Source: Vicinamibacterales bacterium (GTDB lineage Bacteria; Acidobacteriota; Vicinamibacteria; Vicinamibacterales; UBA8438). From it: a stretch of DNA of 64,000 nt. The notes beneath the pieces were generated by a model, which was not told the origin of the DNA, did no database searches, and worked only from the letters and a program-made list of their open reading frames with translations. Below are positions 10,101 to 19,100 of the stretch, in pieces. How positions within the stretch are numbered: position 1 is the first letter of the stretch; the number at the start of each line of letters is the position of its first letter. The DNA lies in contig CBDBMY010000006.1 of the NCBI GenBank assembly GCA_965207675.1, forward strand, positions 23,358 to 87,357, read 5' to 3'. The position numbers and the translations under genes were made by a program.

Positions 10101-10303
10101 TGGAGTTCAACTCGCTGAACCGCACCCTCGGCGCCAACGTGCTGTTCACGTACCGCGTCAACGCCGGCACCGTGTTCTTCGTCGGCTACGACGACCACTA
10201 CCGGCAGGGCAACCTGATCGACGAGGTGCGGTTCCCCACCACCGCCCTGCGCCAGACCAACCGGGCGTTCTTCACGAAGCTGTCGTACCTGTTCCGGTAC
10301 TGA
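7112..10303 (+). CDS. outer-membrane protein with a CBM9-like/DUF5916-type C-terminal barrel, an N-terminal TolB-N-like domain and a long Pro/Ala-rich linker
   Basis: Track ORF 6833..10303(+). Start set at MTRAARALAACLLLLPATAGVRAQ. N-terminal block IAVLPFTNLSPDPEDAWLGDGIAETLTAELA. CBM9-like block IDGTLDDPLWERATRITDFVQQRP..VYVAYDNDNLYFGVH. The C-terminus FFTKLSYLFRY has the aromatic end typical of beta-barrels. Confidence 0.65.
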   Translation: MTRAARALAACLLLLPATAGVRAQEPPPLPGSDPIAVLPFTNLSPDPEDAWLGDGIAETLTAELAARGLTVVGPGGLPIAITGGAVGAEDAGGGFGRLHRRLGARRAVTGSYQQIGQRLRINARIVDLPSAVVIHAVRTDGDRHEIFALQDRIAGELAAGLSAGRFTARKLPAAPPSRSDLSTESAPAPRLGNPPPAIPPRVDPAAAEDPARPGGLATGDRLQGRPVESAAALSPAPLTPRGPASAAAGAGGTAGLEPFAAPRRRRPTESAPFSAAGETARAEPGRVGGGIPGSAAEGISAPNPAGGVAGLGIASAAGILTGRPSVRPARTATAPRIDGTLDDPLWERATRITDFVQQRPLDGAPATEDTEVYVAYDNDNLYFGVHAHYSDPALIRANRADRDQTFIDDTVAVYFDPFLDQQRAYVFSVNGYGVQADSLLESSAERMPGGGGGGGGGGGRPGGGGRSPGSGRGGMSAALAASLGAPPTGDLSWDALFESGARLVDDGWTAEMAIPFKSLRYPERRAGEPHRWGFQIVRTIFGKDEADVWSPVSRGVAGFLTQMGLLDGLTNLSTSRNLEILPTVTAIRIGSLDTATGAFEEEDRPEGAVNVKYGVTPNLTADFTYNPDFSQIESDTPQIEVNQRFPLFYPELRPFFLEGQEVFTVPGQVNLLHTRTIIDPRYGSKLTGKVGNTTLGVLVANDEAPGKRDDPAHRAFGKTSQVFAGRARYDLYAESSVGVMATGREFLDAYSRVAAVDGRFRLGRTSSLTMLYAGSQHRDEEGAERTGPTAHVAYNRQGRNLSYGASFDSVDPNFRTDTGFVQRVDTRTARANAGYQWWPDNLVINWGPFASYGRIYDFGGILQDEQSGLGVRATLANGIITVANVNRDLERYGGIDFHKTSAFIGGGASASRKVSFGGFLNWGDQIRYHETDPFLGRSVNTTVFANLRPTSRLSADLTLITSRLHDPMTEELVFDVKILRTFTTYQLTNRLALRNIMEFNSLNRTLGANVLFTYRVNAGTVFFVGYDDHYRQGNLIDEVRFPTTALRQTNRAFFTKLSYLFRY

Positions 10304-10659
10304 ACCTCTCGTCGTCGTGGCTGCGGCACGGCTCCTTCGTTTCAATCGAGAGCTTGGCCGATGTGCCCGCCGGCCTCCGGAGAATGCCCGGGTCGGGCGG
10401 TACTTCGTGGTGCAACGCCATGGGGAGCTCACTGGCCCGGTGGGGGGCGTGTGCCGCACAATAGTGTCAGAGCTGCCACCAACGGCCGACGCGCACGCGG
10501 ACCGACCAGGACGGACGTGACGACTGGAACCGAAAGGGAGCGGCAGGCACGGAGGCGTGCTCCCGTTCGCGTCCCGCTCCCCAAGCGCTCGCCGAATCCT
10601 GGACCGGCCAGGAAACTCAGGAAGCGTTCACCAGGCCCCACGTGCCGGAGGAGGTCCCC

Positions 10660-13283
10660 ATGACACCAGTGCTACGTTCCACACGGCAGACCGCCGTGAT
10701 CGCCGGCCTCCTCGCCGCTTCGACGCTGCTGCCGGCGGCGCGCGCGCTGGCGCAGACGAACGCGTCCATCGACGGGTCGGTCACCGATATCGGGGGCGGC
10801 GCCCTGCCCGGCGTCACCGTCGCGGTGACCGGCGGGCCGCTCCCGGACGCGCGGCTGGCCGTCACCGGCTTCGACGGCCGCTTCGCCTTCGACATGCTGC
10901 CCGCCGCCGAGTACCTGGTGCGGTTCACCCTCCCCGGCTTCGAGCCCCAGGAGATGCCGGTCGCGGTCGAGGCCGACGCCGCCGTCTCTCTCGACGTGGT
11001 GCTGGAGATCGAGCGGCTGCTCGAGGCGGTGTCCGTCATCGCCGACGAGCCGACGATCTTCGCGACCAACGTCGTCGCCGAGCCGATGCTCGAGCAGCAG
11101 GCCGCCATCACCAGCGTCGTCGCCGTCGTCGACAACCTGCCGGGGGTGTCGGTGCAGGAGGGCGACACCTACGGGTTCGACGACTGGTCGAGCTCGGTCG
11201 CCGTCCGCGGCTTCCAGACCAACCTCAACGAGGCCCAGATCGGCACCACCATCGACGGGTTCCCCAACGGCACCTCCGACTACTGGAGCGGGGCCAAGGC
11301 CAACCGCTTCGTCGACCCCGCCAACCTCGGCGGCGTCGAGGTGTCGCAGGGCACGGCCGACGTCGCCTCGCGCTCGGTCGAGGCGCTGGGCGGCACCTTC
11401 AACTTCCTCACCGACGCCCCCGAGGCCGAGCGCACCTACACGGCGTCGGTCACCCTCGGGGAGAACGACGGCGAGCGCTACTACATGCGGGTCGACACCG
11501 GCTCGCTCTTCGACCGCGAGACGTACGCGTGGCTCTCGGCGGGGCGGCAGACCGCCACCGACTGGGTGCACGGCGCGGCCCGGAACGAGCGCGAGCACCT
11601 CGCGGCCAAGCTCGCCTCGTCGCACGGACGGCTGGAGCTGACGTCGTACTTCTCCTACGACCAGATTCGCGAGGACGTCTACCAGCGCCTCTACTCGGCC
11701 GCCGACTTCGCGGCCGCCCCCCGCTGGGACCGCCTCATCGACGACTGGCCGGGGGTGCCGTACCTCAACCAGTTCTACCGGCGCGGCTGGTCGACCTACC
11801 GCAAGAACACCTTCGGCTACCTGAAGGCCGACTGGGCGGTCAACGACGCCACCACCCTCAGCGCCGGCGCCTACTACCACCGGAACCGGGGCCGCGGCGA
11901 CTGGCTGCCGCCGTTCATCGTCGACGTGACGGACGACGGCGGCGGCCCCGAGTCCGAGCTGATGGGCGGGCCGCCGGTGCGGGGCGGCGACATCCTCGGG
12001 CGGATCCGCTTCGTCGACCGGAATCTCGTGGCGGTGGGGCCGCAGCCCGGCTGCGCGTCGTCGTTCATCTTCCACTACTACGGGGCGGGCGGGCCCGAGG
12101 TCGACCCCGCGTGCCATCCCGGGGCCGCCGCGGTGCAGTCGTTCCGCCACAGCCACTACGGCAAGGACCGCCTCGGCTTCACCCTCGACGAGGAGTGGAC
12201 GGGCGCCGTCGGCGCCGCCGGCAACACCCTGCGGGCCGGCCTCTGGCTCGAGGACTCGACCCGGATGCTCGGCCGCGACTGGCACCGCATCCTGGACCCG
12301 CGCGTCAACGTCACCTTCGACGAGAACCCGTACTGGCAGCAGTACGACTGGGACTTCCCGCAGCAGGTCTTCAAGTGGTACGTCGAGGACACCGTCTACG
12401 CGGGCCCCCTCGCCATCTCCGGGGGGGTCAAGCAGTTCCTGGTGAACGTCTCCCGCAACGACCTGTTCGGCGTCGACCCCGGCCTCGCCGTCGACTCCGA
12501 CTCGGACCTGCTCTTCTCGGGCGGCGTGACCCTCGAGACCCCGGTCGAGGGCCTCGAGCTGTTCGCGGGCTACGCCGAGAACTTCAGGTCGCTCGCCGAC
12601 CGCCTGCTCGAGGTGCCGGGCCGGAGCCTCGCCGCCCTCGAGCCCGAGACCGCCACGAACGTCGACGTGGGGATGCGCTACTCGGGAGAGACCGTCGCCC
12701 TCGGGGCCACGTGGTACGACATCGACTTCGACAACCGCATCTTCTTCCTCGGGCCGACGACCACCGCCGGCCCCAACTACCTCGTTCCCGGCGGCGGCGC
12801 CTACTTCAACGCCGGCGGCATCGACACGCGCGGCGTCGAGCTCTCGGCCACGGTGCAGATGCCCGGCCGGACCTCGTTCTACACTGCCTACACCTCAACG
12901 ACTCGCAGTACGTCGGCACCGGCGACGCGCTGGTCGACGCCTCCCAGAACATCCAGCCGGGCACCGACGTGACGGGGGTGCCCGACCGGCTGTGGGTCCT
13001 GTCGCTCGACCGCTCGGGTCCGCTGGGGATGGGGATGTCCGGCAAGTACACCTCGTCGCGGCGGGTCAGCCTGACCGCCGACTGGTACGCCGACGCCTAC
13101 TGGCTGGTCGACGCCTACCTGACGTTCTCGGTCGAGTCGCTGTCGGACCGCTTCGAGTCGGCCGAGGTGTCGCTGGTCGCGAACAACCTCTTCGACGCCT
13201 CGTACCTCGCCGCCATCGTGGAGAACGCCGCGTGGCTGGGGGCGCCGCGCACGATCTCGATGAACATGTCGGTGTCGTTCTGA
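10660..13283 (+). pseudogene. TonB-dependent receptor with a carboxypeptidase-regulatory-like N-domain; the reading frame is broken by a 1-nt indel near 12893-12895
   Basis: The N-terminal 740 aa are in frame with track ORF 10642..12972: MTPVLRSTRQTAVIAGLLAASTLLPAARALAQ, GGAGGAGG SD, then IDGSVTDIGGGALPGVTVAV. The true barrel C-terminus (..LNDSQYVGTGDALVDASQ...NNLFDASYL...RTISMNMSVSF) lies in the frame of ORF 10557..13283. The switch is at tacacc|tcaacgac, consistent with loss of one C (ancestral acc ctc aac). Confidence 0.75.
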
Positions 13284-13322
13284 ATCCGGACCCATCGACT
13301 TCCTCGGGGACCGTTCGGCCGG

Positions 13323-14177
13323 ATGATGCAGACGAGGGCGGGGCCAGCCGGGGAGTCGTGCCCCTCCGCGCCGCCTGTCGCCCTCCGACCGCTCTCCGGT
13401 CCCACGGTCAGAGCCTTGCGAACGCACGATGACCCGGCCGCGGGCGGGCGGTTTCAGCTTTCTCCTCCGCTCGAGCCGGCCCTTGCCGGCTGTCGTATCC
13501 TGTGCGGCGTGCCGAGCTTCCAGTGCGGGGTGTGCGGGACGGCGTTCGACGTTCCCCAGGCGGCGCTGGACCGCTATCCCGGCTGGCGGCCGAAGTACTG
13601 CCGGGACCACTCTCCGAAGAAAACGGCCTCCTCGCGGCAGGCGGGCGCAACTCGTCCGGGCCGCGGCGGCGCGAGCCGCGCCCGCCCCCTGCGCGAGGAG
13701 AACCTGACCCCGGCCGAGGCCCGTGCGAAGTACACGGACGGCCCCGCCTCGGGCGTCTTCACCGACGGCAGCGCGGTGCCCAACCCGGGTCCCGGCGGCT
13801 GGGGAGTCGTGTGGGTCGAGAACGGCGAGATCGTGTCCGAGAAGCACGGCCACGACCCCGACACCACGAACAACCGCATGGAGCTCCGTGCGCTCATCGA
13901 GGCGTTCAAGATGCTGCCCGAGGACGCCGAGGTCCGCGTCTTCACCGACAGCCGGCTCTGCGTGAACACCATCACCGAGTGGGCGCCGGGGTGGGAGCGC
14001 CGGGGATGGAAGAAGAAGTCCGGCCCCATCATGAACCTCGAGCTGGTGCGGGCGCTGCTGGCCCTCTATCGCGCCCATCCCGCCTGCGAGCTGCGCTGGA
14101 TCGCCGCCCACGCCGGCCACCGCTGGAACGAGTACGCCGACAGCCTCGCCACCGCCTGGATGCGTTCCGAGCGCTGA
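13323..14177 (+). CDS. rnhA: RNase HI with an N-terminal Cys-rich (zinc-ribbon-like) extension; start codon uncertain
   Basis: RNase H fold blocks: VFTDGSAVPNPGPGGWGVVW, TNNRMELRALIEAFKML, VFTDSRLCVNTITEW, WIAAHAGHRWNEYADSLA. Upstream in frame is FQCGVCG..(17 aa)..KYCRDH. A GTG at 13509 is an alternative start. Confidence 0.75.
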   Translation: MMQTRAGPAGESCPSAPPVALRPLSGPTVRALRTHDDPAAGGRFQLSPPLEPALAGCRILCGVPSFQCGVCGTAFDVPQAALDRYPGWRPKYCRDHSPKKTASSRQAGATRPGRGGASRARPLREENLTPAEARAKYTDGPASGVFTDGSAVPNPGPGGWGVVWVENGEIVSEKHGHDPDTTNNRMELRALIEAFKMLPEDAEVRVFTDSRLCVNTITEWAPGWERRGWKKKSGPIMNLELVRALLALYRAHPACELRWIAAHAGHRWNEYADSLATAWMRSER

Positions 14178-14660
14178 GTGGCGAAGGCCGCGCCGCGCAT
14201 CAGCGCCGAGAACGCCACCGCGTCGGCCCGGACCAGCCTTCGAGGAGATGAAGCGCCTCGGCAAGCAGGTCACGTGTCCCTGTCGCCCTCCTCGCGCGGC
14301 CTGATCAACGCGGTGCGGCCCCGCCAACGCCAACGCCTCCCGTAGTTCGAGCCCGGCGGTAACCGCTTTCGCATCATGCGGCCGGCGACCGCCCGGTCAG
14401 TCTGTCCGTCGGCTGCGCCGGCGTCGCCGCCGCGCTCGACGCGGTCTGCCGGCGCCAGGACCCGCATGATCAGTCTCGTACTGTCTCGTACGGTTGACGT
14501 GTGTTATATTTGACAAGACGGTTGGTGGGCGGCGGGGCGATTCTCCCCGGAACCATCGTGCACCGTCGTCTCTCAGTAGCACCGTCTTCTTTCAGCAGAG
14601 GCAGGGAGGACCGGCGCCCTGCACATCGACTACGCCGTACTTCCAGCCGGGCTACGACGC

Positions 14661-15728
14661 ATGGCCAACCCGACAATCCTGCCCGTCCCCTCTCCGCCGT
14701 CGGCGCGCCGGCCGGAAGCGGCCGCGCCGCCGCCCGACCCCGCGCCCGCGCCGGCGACCATGGACGACGTCGTGATGGCGCTGGACCCCGACGAATTCCC
14801 CGGCTGTCGCGCCGTGCACATCTCCCGCGAGGAGTTCGACGACTACGACGGCCGCGTCGAGGTCTGGGACGCCGCCACCGAGACCGCCATGGTGTGCGAG
14901 GCGGCCGGCCTCTACCACGAGGAGCCCTCGCAGCGCCTGGCCCAGATGACGGCCCTGATCGCGGTGGCGCGGGGCGCGCACATCGGCGTCGTCGGCTCGA
15001 CCGACCTGCTGCTGCGGGACGAGCACGGCGCGCGGCGGCGGATCATGCAGGCGGACCAGACCGTCTATCTTCATCCGGAACGGGGCCGGCCCGACGGCCC
15101 CGCCATCGTCGTGGGCGAGGACGTACTGCCGGACGTGACGGTCGAGGTGGACCACACGACCGACGTGCGGCGCCGCAAGCTCGCGATGTACGAGTCGTGG
15201 AAGCTGCCCGAGGTCTGGGTCGAGGTGCCCGACATGCGCGCGCCGAGCCGGCCCGCGAACCGCAAGCCGGGGCTGACCATCCACGTCCTGCACCCCGACG
15301 GCCGCTACCGCCCGGCGCCCGAGAGCCGGGCGTTTCCCGGCTGGACGGCGGCCGAGATCCACCGGGCCTTGAACGAGCCGGTGTGGTCGGCGGAGACGAT
15401 GGCGGTGCTGGAACGCGTCGGCCGGGCGCTGCGCGACCGCGACGGCGCCGGCCCGAGCGACGCCCCCTTCCTGCAGCGGACGCGCGCGGCGGGCCGTGCC
15501 GAAGGCCGCGCCGAAGGCCACGCCGAGCAACGCGCCCTGCTGTGCCGCCTCGCCGCGCGCCGGTTCGACGCCGAGACCGCGGAGGGACTGGCCGAGCTGC
15601 TCGCCGACGTCGACGACCCCGTCGATCTGGCCGACGTGGGCGACTGGATCATCGACTGCGCCACCGGCGACGAGCTGCTGGGCCGATGTTCGAGTCTGCG
15701 CGGCTGGCGCCCGCCGACGGCGGACTGA
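14661..15728 (+). CDS. Uma2-family (DUF820) PD-(D/E)XK endonuclease fused to a C-terminal DUF4351-like domain; start uncertain (alternative ATG at 14760)
   Basis: Uma2 core PDVTVEVDHTTDVRRRKLAMYESWKLPEVWVEVPD. The C-terminal block GRAEGRAEGHAEQRALLCRLAARRFDAETAEGLAELLADVDDPVDLADVGDWIIDCATGDELL follows the pattern of the DUF4351 tail of Rpn/YhgA-like nucleases. Confidence 0.65.
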   Translation: MANPTILPVPSPPSARRPEAAAPPPDPAPAPATMDDVVMALDPDEFPGCRAVHISREEFDDYDGRVEVWDAATETAMVCEAAGLYHEEPSQRLAQMTALIAVARGAHIGVVGSTDLLLRDEHGARRRIMQADQTVYLHPERGRPDGPAIVVGEDVLPDVTVEVDHTTDVRRRKLAMYESWKLPEVWVEVPDMRAPSRPANRKPGLTIHVLHPDGRYRPAPESRAFPGWTAAEIHRALNEPVWSAETMAVLERVGRALRDRDGAGPSDAPFLQRTRAAGRAEGRAEGHAEQRALLCRLAARRFDAETAEGLAELLADVDDPVDLADVGDWIIDCATGDELLGRCSSLRGWRPPTAD

Positions 15729-15754
15729 GCGGCCCCGCCGGCGGCGGGCGGTCG

Positions 15755-18700
15755 CTACGCCCCCCCGGGCGACGACTCCGACCCCACCGGGCGCCCGCGG
15801 GGCGCATCCGCTTCGACCCGCCGCGACAGTCCCCACCCGCGCCAGATCGTGTAGACGGCGGGGAACACGAGCAGCACGACGAGGGCCGCCGTCACCACCC
15901 CGCCCACCATCGGCGCCGCGATGCGCTTCATCACGTCGGCCCCGGTGCCGGCGCTCCACATGATGGGCAACAGGCCGAGCACGGTCGTGGCGCTCAGCAT
16001 CACCACCGGGCGGACGCGGCGCGCGGCGCCGTCGAACACCGCCTGGCGGAGCTCGGCCGGCGTGCGGAGCCGCCCCTCGGCCAGGGCGGCGTCGCAGGCG
16101 CGGTCGAGGTACAGCAGCATCACCACCCCGGTTTCCGCGCTCAGGCCGGCCAGGGCGATGATGCCCACCCACACCGCGATGCTCAGGTTGTAGCCGAGCA
16201 CGTACAGCAGCCAGAACGTGCCGATCAGGGACAGCGGCACCGCCGACAGCACGATGAGGGTCCTGGCCACCGAGCGCGTGCTGGCGTAGATGGTCAGGAA
16301 GATCAGCAGCAGCGTGATCGGGACCACGAGCCGCATCCGTTCCTGCGCGCGCACCATGTACTCGTACTGGCCGCTCCAGCCGAGGCTGTAGCCGGTGGGG
16401 ACCTCCACCTGCGCCGCCACCGCCTCCCGGGCGCGCTCGACGTAGGTCCCGACGTCGACGTCCTCGATGTCCACGTAGACCCAGGCGTTCGGCCGCGCCT
16501 GCTCGCTCTTGATGGCGGGCGGCCCCTTGACGAACGACATCGTCGCGAGGAGGCCGAGAGGAATCTGCTGCCGGGTCGGGGTCTGGACGAGGATGTCCCG
16601 CAGCGCGGCAGGGTTGTCGCGCAGGTCGCGGCTGTAGCGCAGGTTGACGGGGTAACGCTCGAGCCCCTCCACCGTGGTCGTGATGTTCATGCCGCCGATG
16701 GCCGACTGGATGACGTCCTGCACGTCGCCGACGGTGAGCCCGTAGCGGGCGATCTCGTCCCGCCTCACCGAGAAGTTCAGGTAGTTGCCGCCCATCACCC
16801 GCTCGGAGTAGGCCGAGCGCGTGCCCGGCACCTGTCGGACCACCGCCTCGACCTCGCGGCCGACCTCCTCCAGCACCGCGAGGTCGGGTCCGGAGATCTT
16901 GATGCCCACCGGCGTCTTGATGCCCGTCGACAGCATGTCGATGCGGGTCTTGATGGGCATGGTCCAGGCGTTGGTGACGCCCGGGAACCGGATGGCGCGG
17001 TTCATCTCGTCGGTCAGCCGCTCGGGCGTCATGCCCGGCCGCCAGGCGTCTTCCGGCTTGAGCTGGATCGTCGTCTCCAGCATGCTCAGCGGCGCCGGAT
17101 CGGTCGCGGTGTCCGCGCGCCCGACCTTGCCGAACACCTGCTCCACCTCCGGGAAGGTGCGCAGGATGCGATCCGTCTGCTGCAGGATCTCGCGGGCCTT
17201 GGTGATCGACACCCCGGGCAGGGTCGTCGGCATGTAGAGCAGGTCGCCCTCCCAGAGCGGCGGCATGAACTCGGAGCCGAGCCGCGAGAAGGGCACGGTG
17301 GTCGCGCCCACTGCCGCCAGGGTCAATACGACGACCGCCCAGCGCCCGGCCAGCGTCAGCCGCAGCACCGGCCGGTACAGCGCCATGAGCAGCCAAGTCA
17401 GCGGGTTGAACTGCGCCGACACCATGCGGCCGCGCAACCAGTAGCCGACCAGCACCGGCACCAGCGTGACGGAGAGCAGGGCGGCGGCGGCCATGGCGTA
17501 GGTCTTGGTGAACGCGAGCGGCTTGAAGAGCCGGCCCTCCTGCGCCTCGAGGGTGAAGATCGGGGCGAAGGAGATGGTGATCACCAGCAGCGCGAAGAAC
17601 AGGGTGGGGCCGACCTCGGTGGCGGCGCGGGTGACGATCTGCCAGTGCGGCAGCCGGCCGGCGTCGCGCTCCAGATGCCGGTGCGCGTTCTCGACCATCA
17701 CGATCGCGGCGTCCACCATCGCCCCGATGGCGATGGCGATGCCCCCCAGCGACATGATGTTGGCGTTGATGCCCTGCAGGGCCATCACGACGAGGGCCAT
17801 GAGCACCGCCAGCGGCAGGGTCAGCACCGCGACGAGGGCCGAGCGCACGTGCAGCAGGAAGACGGCGCAGACCAGCGCCACGATCGCCATCTCCTCGAGC
17901 AGCTTCTGCCGCAACGTGTCGATCGAGCGCTCGATCAGCGTCGTCCGGTCGTAGACGGGGACGACCTCCACCCCCGGCGGCAGCCCCGACTGCAGCTCCG
18001 CGAGCCGGGCCTTCACCCGCTCGACCACCTCGTGGACGTTGGCGCCGTAGCGCACCACGACGATGCCGCCGACCACCTCGCCCTCGCCGTTCAGCTCGGC
18101 GAGCCCGCGGCGGATGTCGGGGCCTATCTGAACCGTGGCGACGTCCTGGACCGTGATCGGGGTGCCCGACTCGTCCACCCCGAGGGCGACGCGCCTCACG
18201 TCGTCGACGCCCTGGATGTAGCCCTCGCCGCGCACCATGAACTCGGCCTCGGACATCTCCAGCACGCGCCCGCCGACGTCGTTGTTGCTCCGCTCGACGG
18301 CGTCCCGGATGCGCGACAGCGAGATGTCGTAGGCGCGCAGGCGGTTCGGGTCGACGGTGATCTGGTACTGCTTGACGAAGCCGCCGATGCTGGCGACCTC
18401 CGACACCCCCGGCACGGCGGTCAGCTCGTACTTGAGGAACCAGTCCTGGAGCGAGCGCAGCTCGGCGAGGTCCGTGTCGTCGGAGCGGAGGGCGTACATG
18501 TACGCCCAGCCGACGCCGGTGGCGTCGGGGCCGAGGGTCGGCGTCACGCCCCGGGGAAGGCGCCCGCCGACGTAGTTGAGGTACTCCAGGACCCGGCTGC
18601 GCGCCCAGTACAGGTCGGTGCCGTCCTCGAAGATCACGTAGACGAACGAGAAGCCGAAGAACGAGTAGCCGCGCACCACCGTGGCGGAGGGGACGGCGAG

Positions 18701-18919
18701 CATCTGCGTGGTGATGGGATAGGTGACCTGGTCCTCGACGACCTGCGGGGCCTGCCCCGGGTAGTCGGTGAAGACGATCACCTGCACGTCCGAGAGGTCC
18801 GGCAGCGCGTCGAGGGGCGTCGCGCGCAGGGCGTAGATACCGCCGAAGGCGATGAACACCGCCCCGAGGACGACGAGAAAGCGGTTGCCGATGGACCACT
18901 CGATGACCCTGGCGAGCAT
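15755..18919 (-). CDS. cusA: heavy-metal efflux RND pump, CusA/CzcA family, monovalent (Cu/Ag) type
   Basis: 1054-aa ORF starting MLARVIEWSIGNRFLVVLGAVFIAFGG... The TM4 signature GGIAIAIGAMVDAAIVMVENAHRHLE is the AIG-DAA-VEN form typical of CusA-type pumps rather than DFG-DGA-VEN. It sits immediately downstream of the adaptor and outer-membrane factor genes. Confidence 0.9.
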   Translation of the reverse strand: MLARVIEWSIGNRFLVVLGAVFIAFGGIYALRATPLDALPDLSDVQVIVFTDYPGQAPQVVEDQVTYPITTQMLAVPSATVVRGYSFFGFSFVYVIFEDGTDLYWARSRVLEYLNYVGGRLPRGVTPTLGPDATGVGWAYMYALRSDDTDLAELRSLQDWFLKYELTAVPGVSEVASIGGFVKQYQITVDPNRLRAYDISLSRIRDAVERSNNDVGGRVLEMSEAEFMVRGEGYIQGVDDVRRVALGVDESGTPITVQDVATVQIGPDIRRGLAELNGEGEVVGGIVVVRYGANVHEVVERVKARLAELQSGLPPGVEVVPVYDRTTLIERSIDTLRQKLLEEMAIVALVCAVFLLHVRSALVAVLTLPLAVLMALVVMALQGINANIMSLGGIAIAIGAMVDAAIVMVENAHRHLERDAGRLPHWQIVTRAATEVGPTLFFALLVITISFAPIFTLEAQEGRLFKPLAFTKTYAMAAAALLSVTLVPVLVGYWLRGRMVSAQFNPLTWLLMALYRPVLRLTLAGRWAVVVLTLAAVGATTVPFSRLGSEFMPPLWEGDLLYMPTTLPGVSITKAREILQQTDRILRTFPEVEQVFGKVGRADTATDPAPLSMLETTIQLKPEDAWRPGMTPERLTDEMNRAIRFPGVTNAWTMPIKTRIDMLSTGIKTPVGIKISGPDLAVLEEVGREVEAVVRQVPGTRSAYSERVMGGNYLNFSVRRDEIARYGLTVGDVQDVIQSAIGGMNITTTVEGLERYPVNLRYSRDLRDNPAALRDILVQTPTRQQIPLGLLATMSFVKGPPAIKSEQARPNAWVYVDIEDVDVGTYVERAREAVAAQVEVPTGYSLGWSGQYEYMVRAQERMRLVVPITLLLIFLTIYASTRSVARTLIVLSAVPLSLIGTFWLLYVLGYNLSIAVWVGIIALAGLSAETGVVMLLYLDRACDAALAEGRLRTPAELRQAVFDGAARRVRPVVMLSATTVLGLLPIMWSAGTGADVMKRIAAPMVGGVVTAALVVLLVFPAVYTIWRGWGLSRRVEADAPRGRPVGSESSPGGA

Positions 18920-18930
18920 CGGTCTCCTCC

Positions 18931-19100
18931 CACCGTCGGTCGCGGCGGCCGCGTCAGCGGCGGTGGCCGGCCGTCCCCGCTTCGGGCCGGCCGGTCCCCT
19001 CGGGCTGCGCCGGCACCAGTCGGTCGCGGCGGCCGCGTCAGTGGCGGTGGCCGGCCGTCCCGGCTGTCGGGCCGGCCGGTTCCTCGCGTTGCGCCGACGC
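18931..19100. repeat. tandem duplication (2 x about 85 bp, diverged) spanning the cusB stop codon and the cusB-cusA spacer
   Basis: The sequence gtcggtcgcggcggccgcgtcag(c/t)ggcggtggccggccgtccc.. occurs at about 18935 and again at about 19019. The second copy supplies the cusB stop in use (19038-19040); the first copy carries an equivalent tca at 18954-18956. Confidence 0.8.

Noticed and set aside
7811-10459. 882-aa - strand ORF opposite the DUF5916-like gene
   Set aside because: Its composition is that of a shadow frame. The + strand frame contains the CBM9-like block and a beta-barrel terminus.
10304-10659. Riboswitch (for example cobalamin) in the 350-nt leader of the TonB-dependent receptor
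   Set aside because: I could find neither the B12 box nor the conserved GGGAA/GGTGAAA core. Only generic GC-rich hairpins are present. An Infernal/Rfam scan would be needed to revisit this.
14330-14365. tRNA-like T-arm sequence (gtagttcgagcccggcgg)
   Set aside because: No acceptor stem, D-arm or anticodon arm can be folded around it, so it is not a tRNA.
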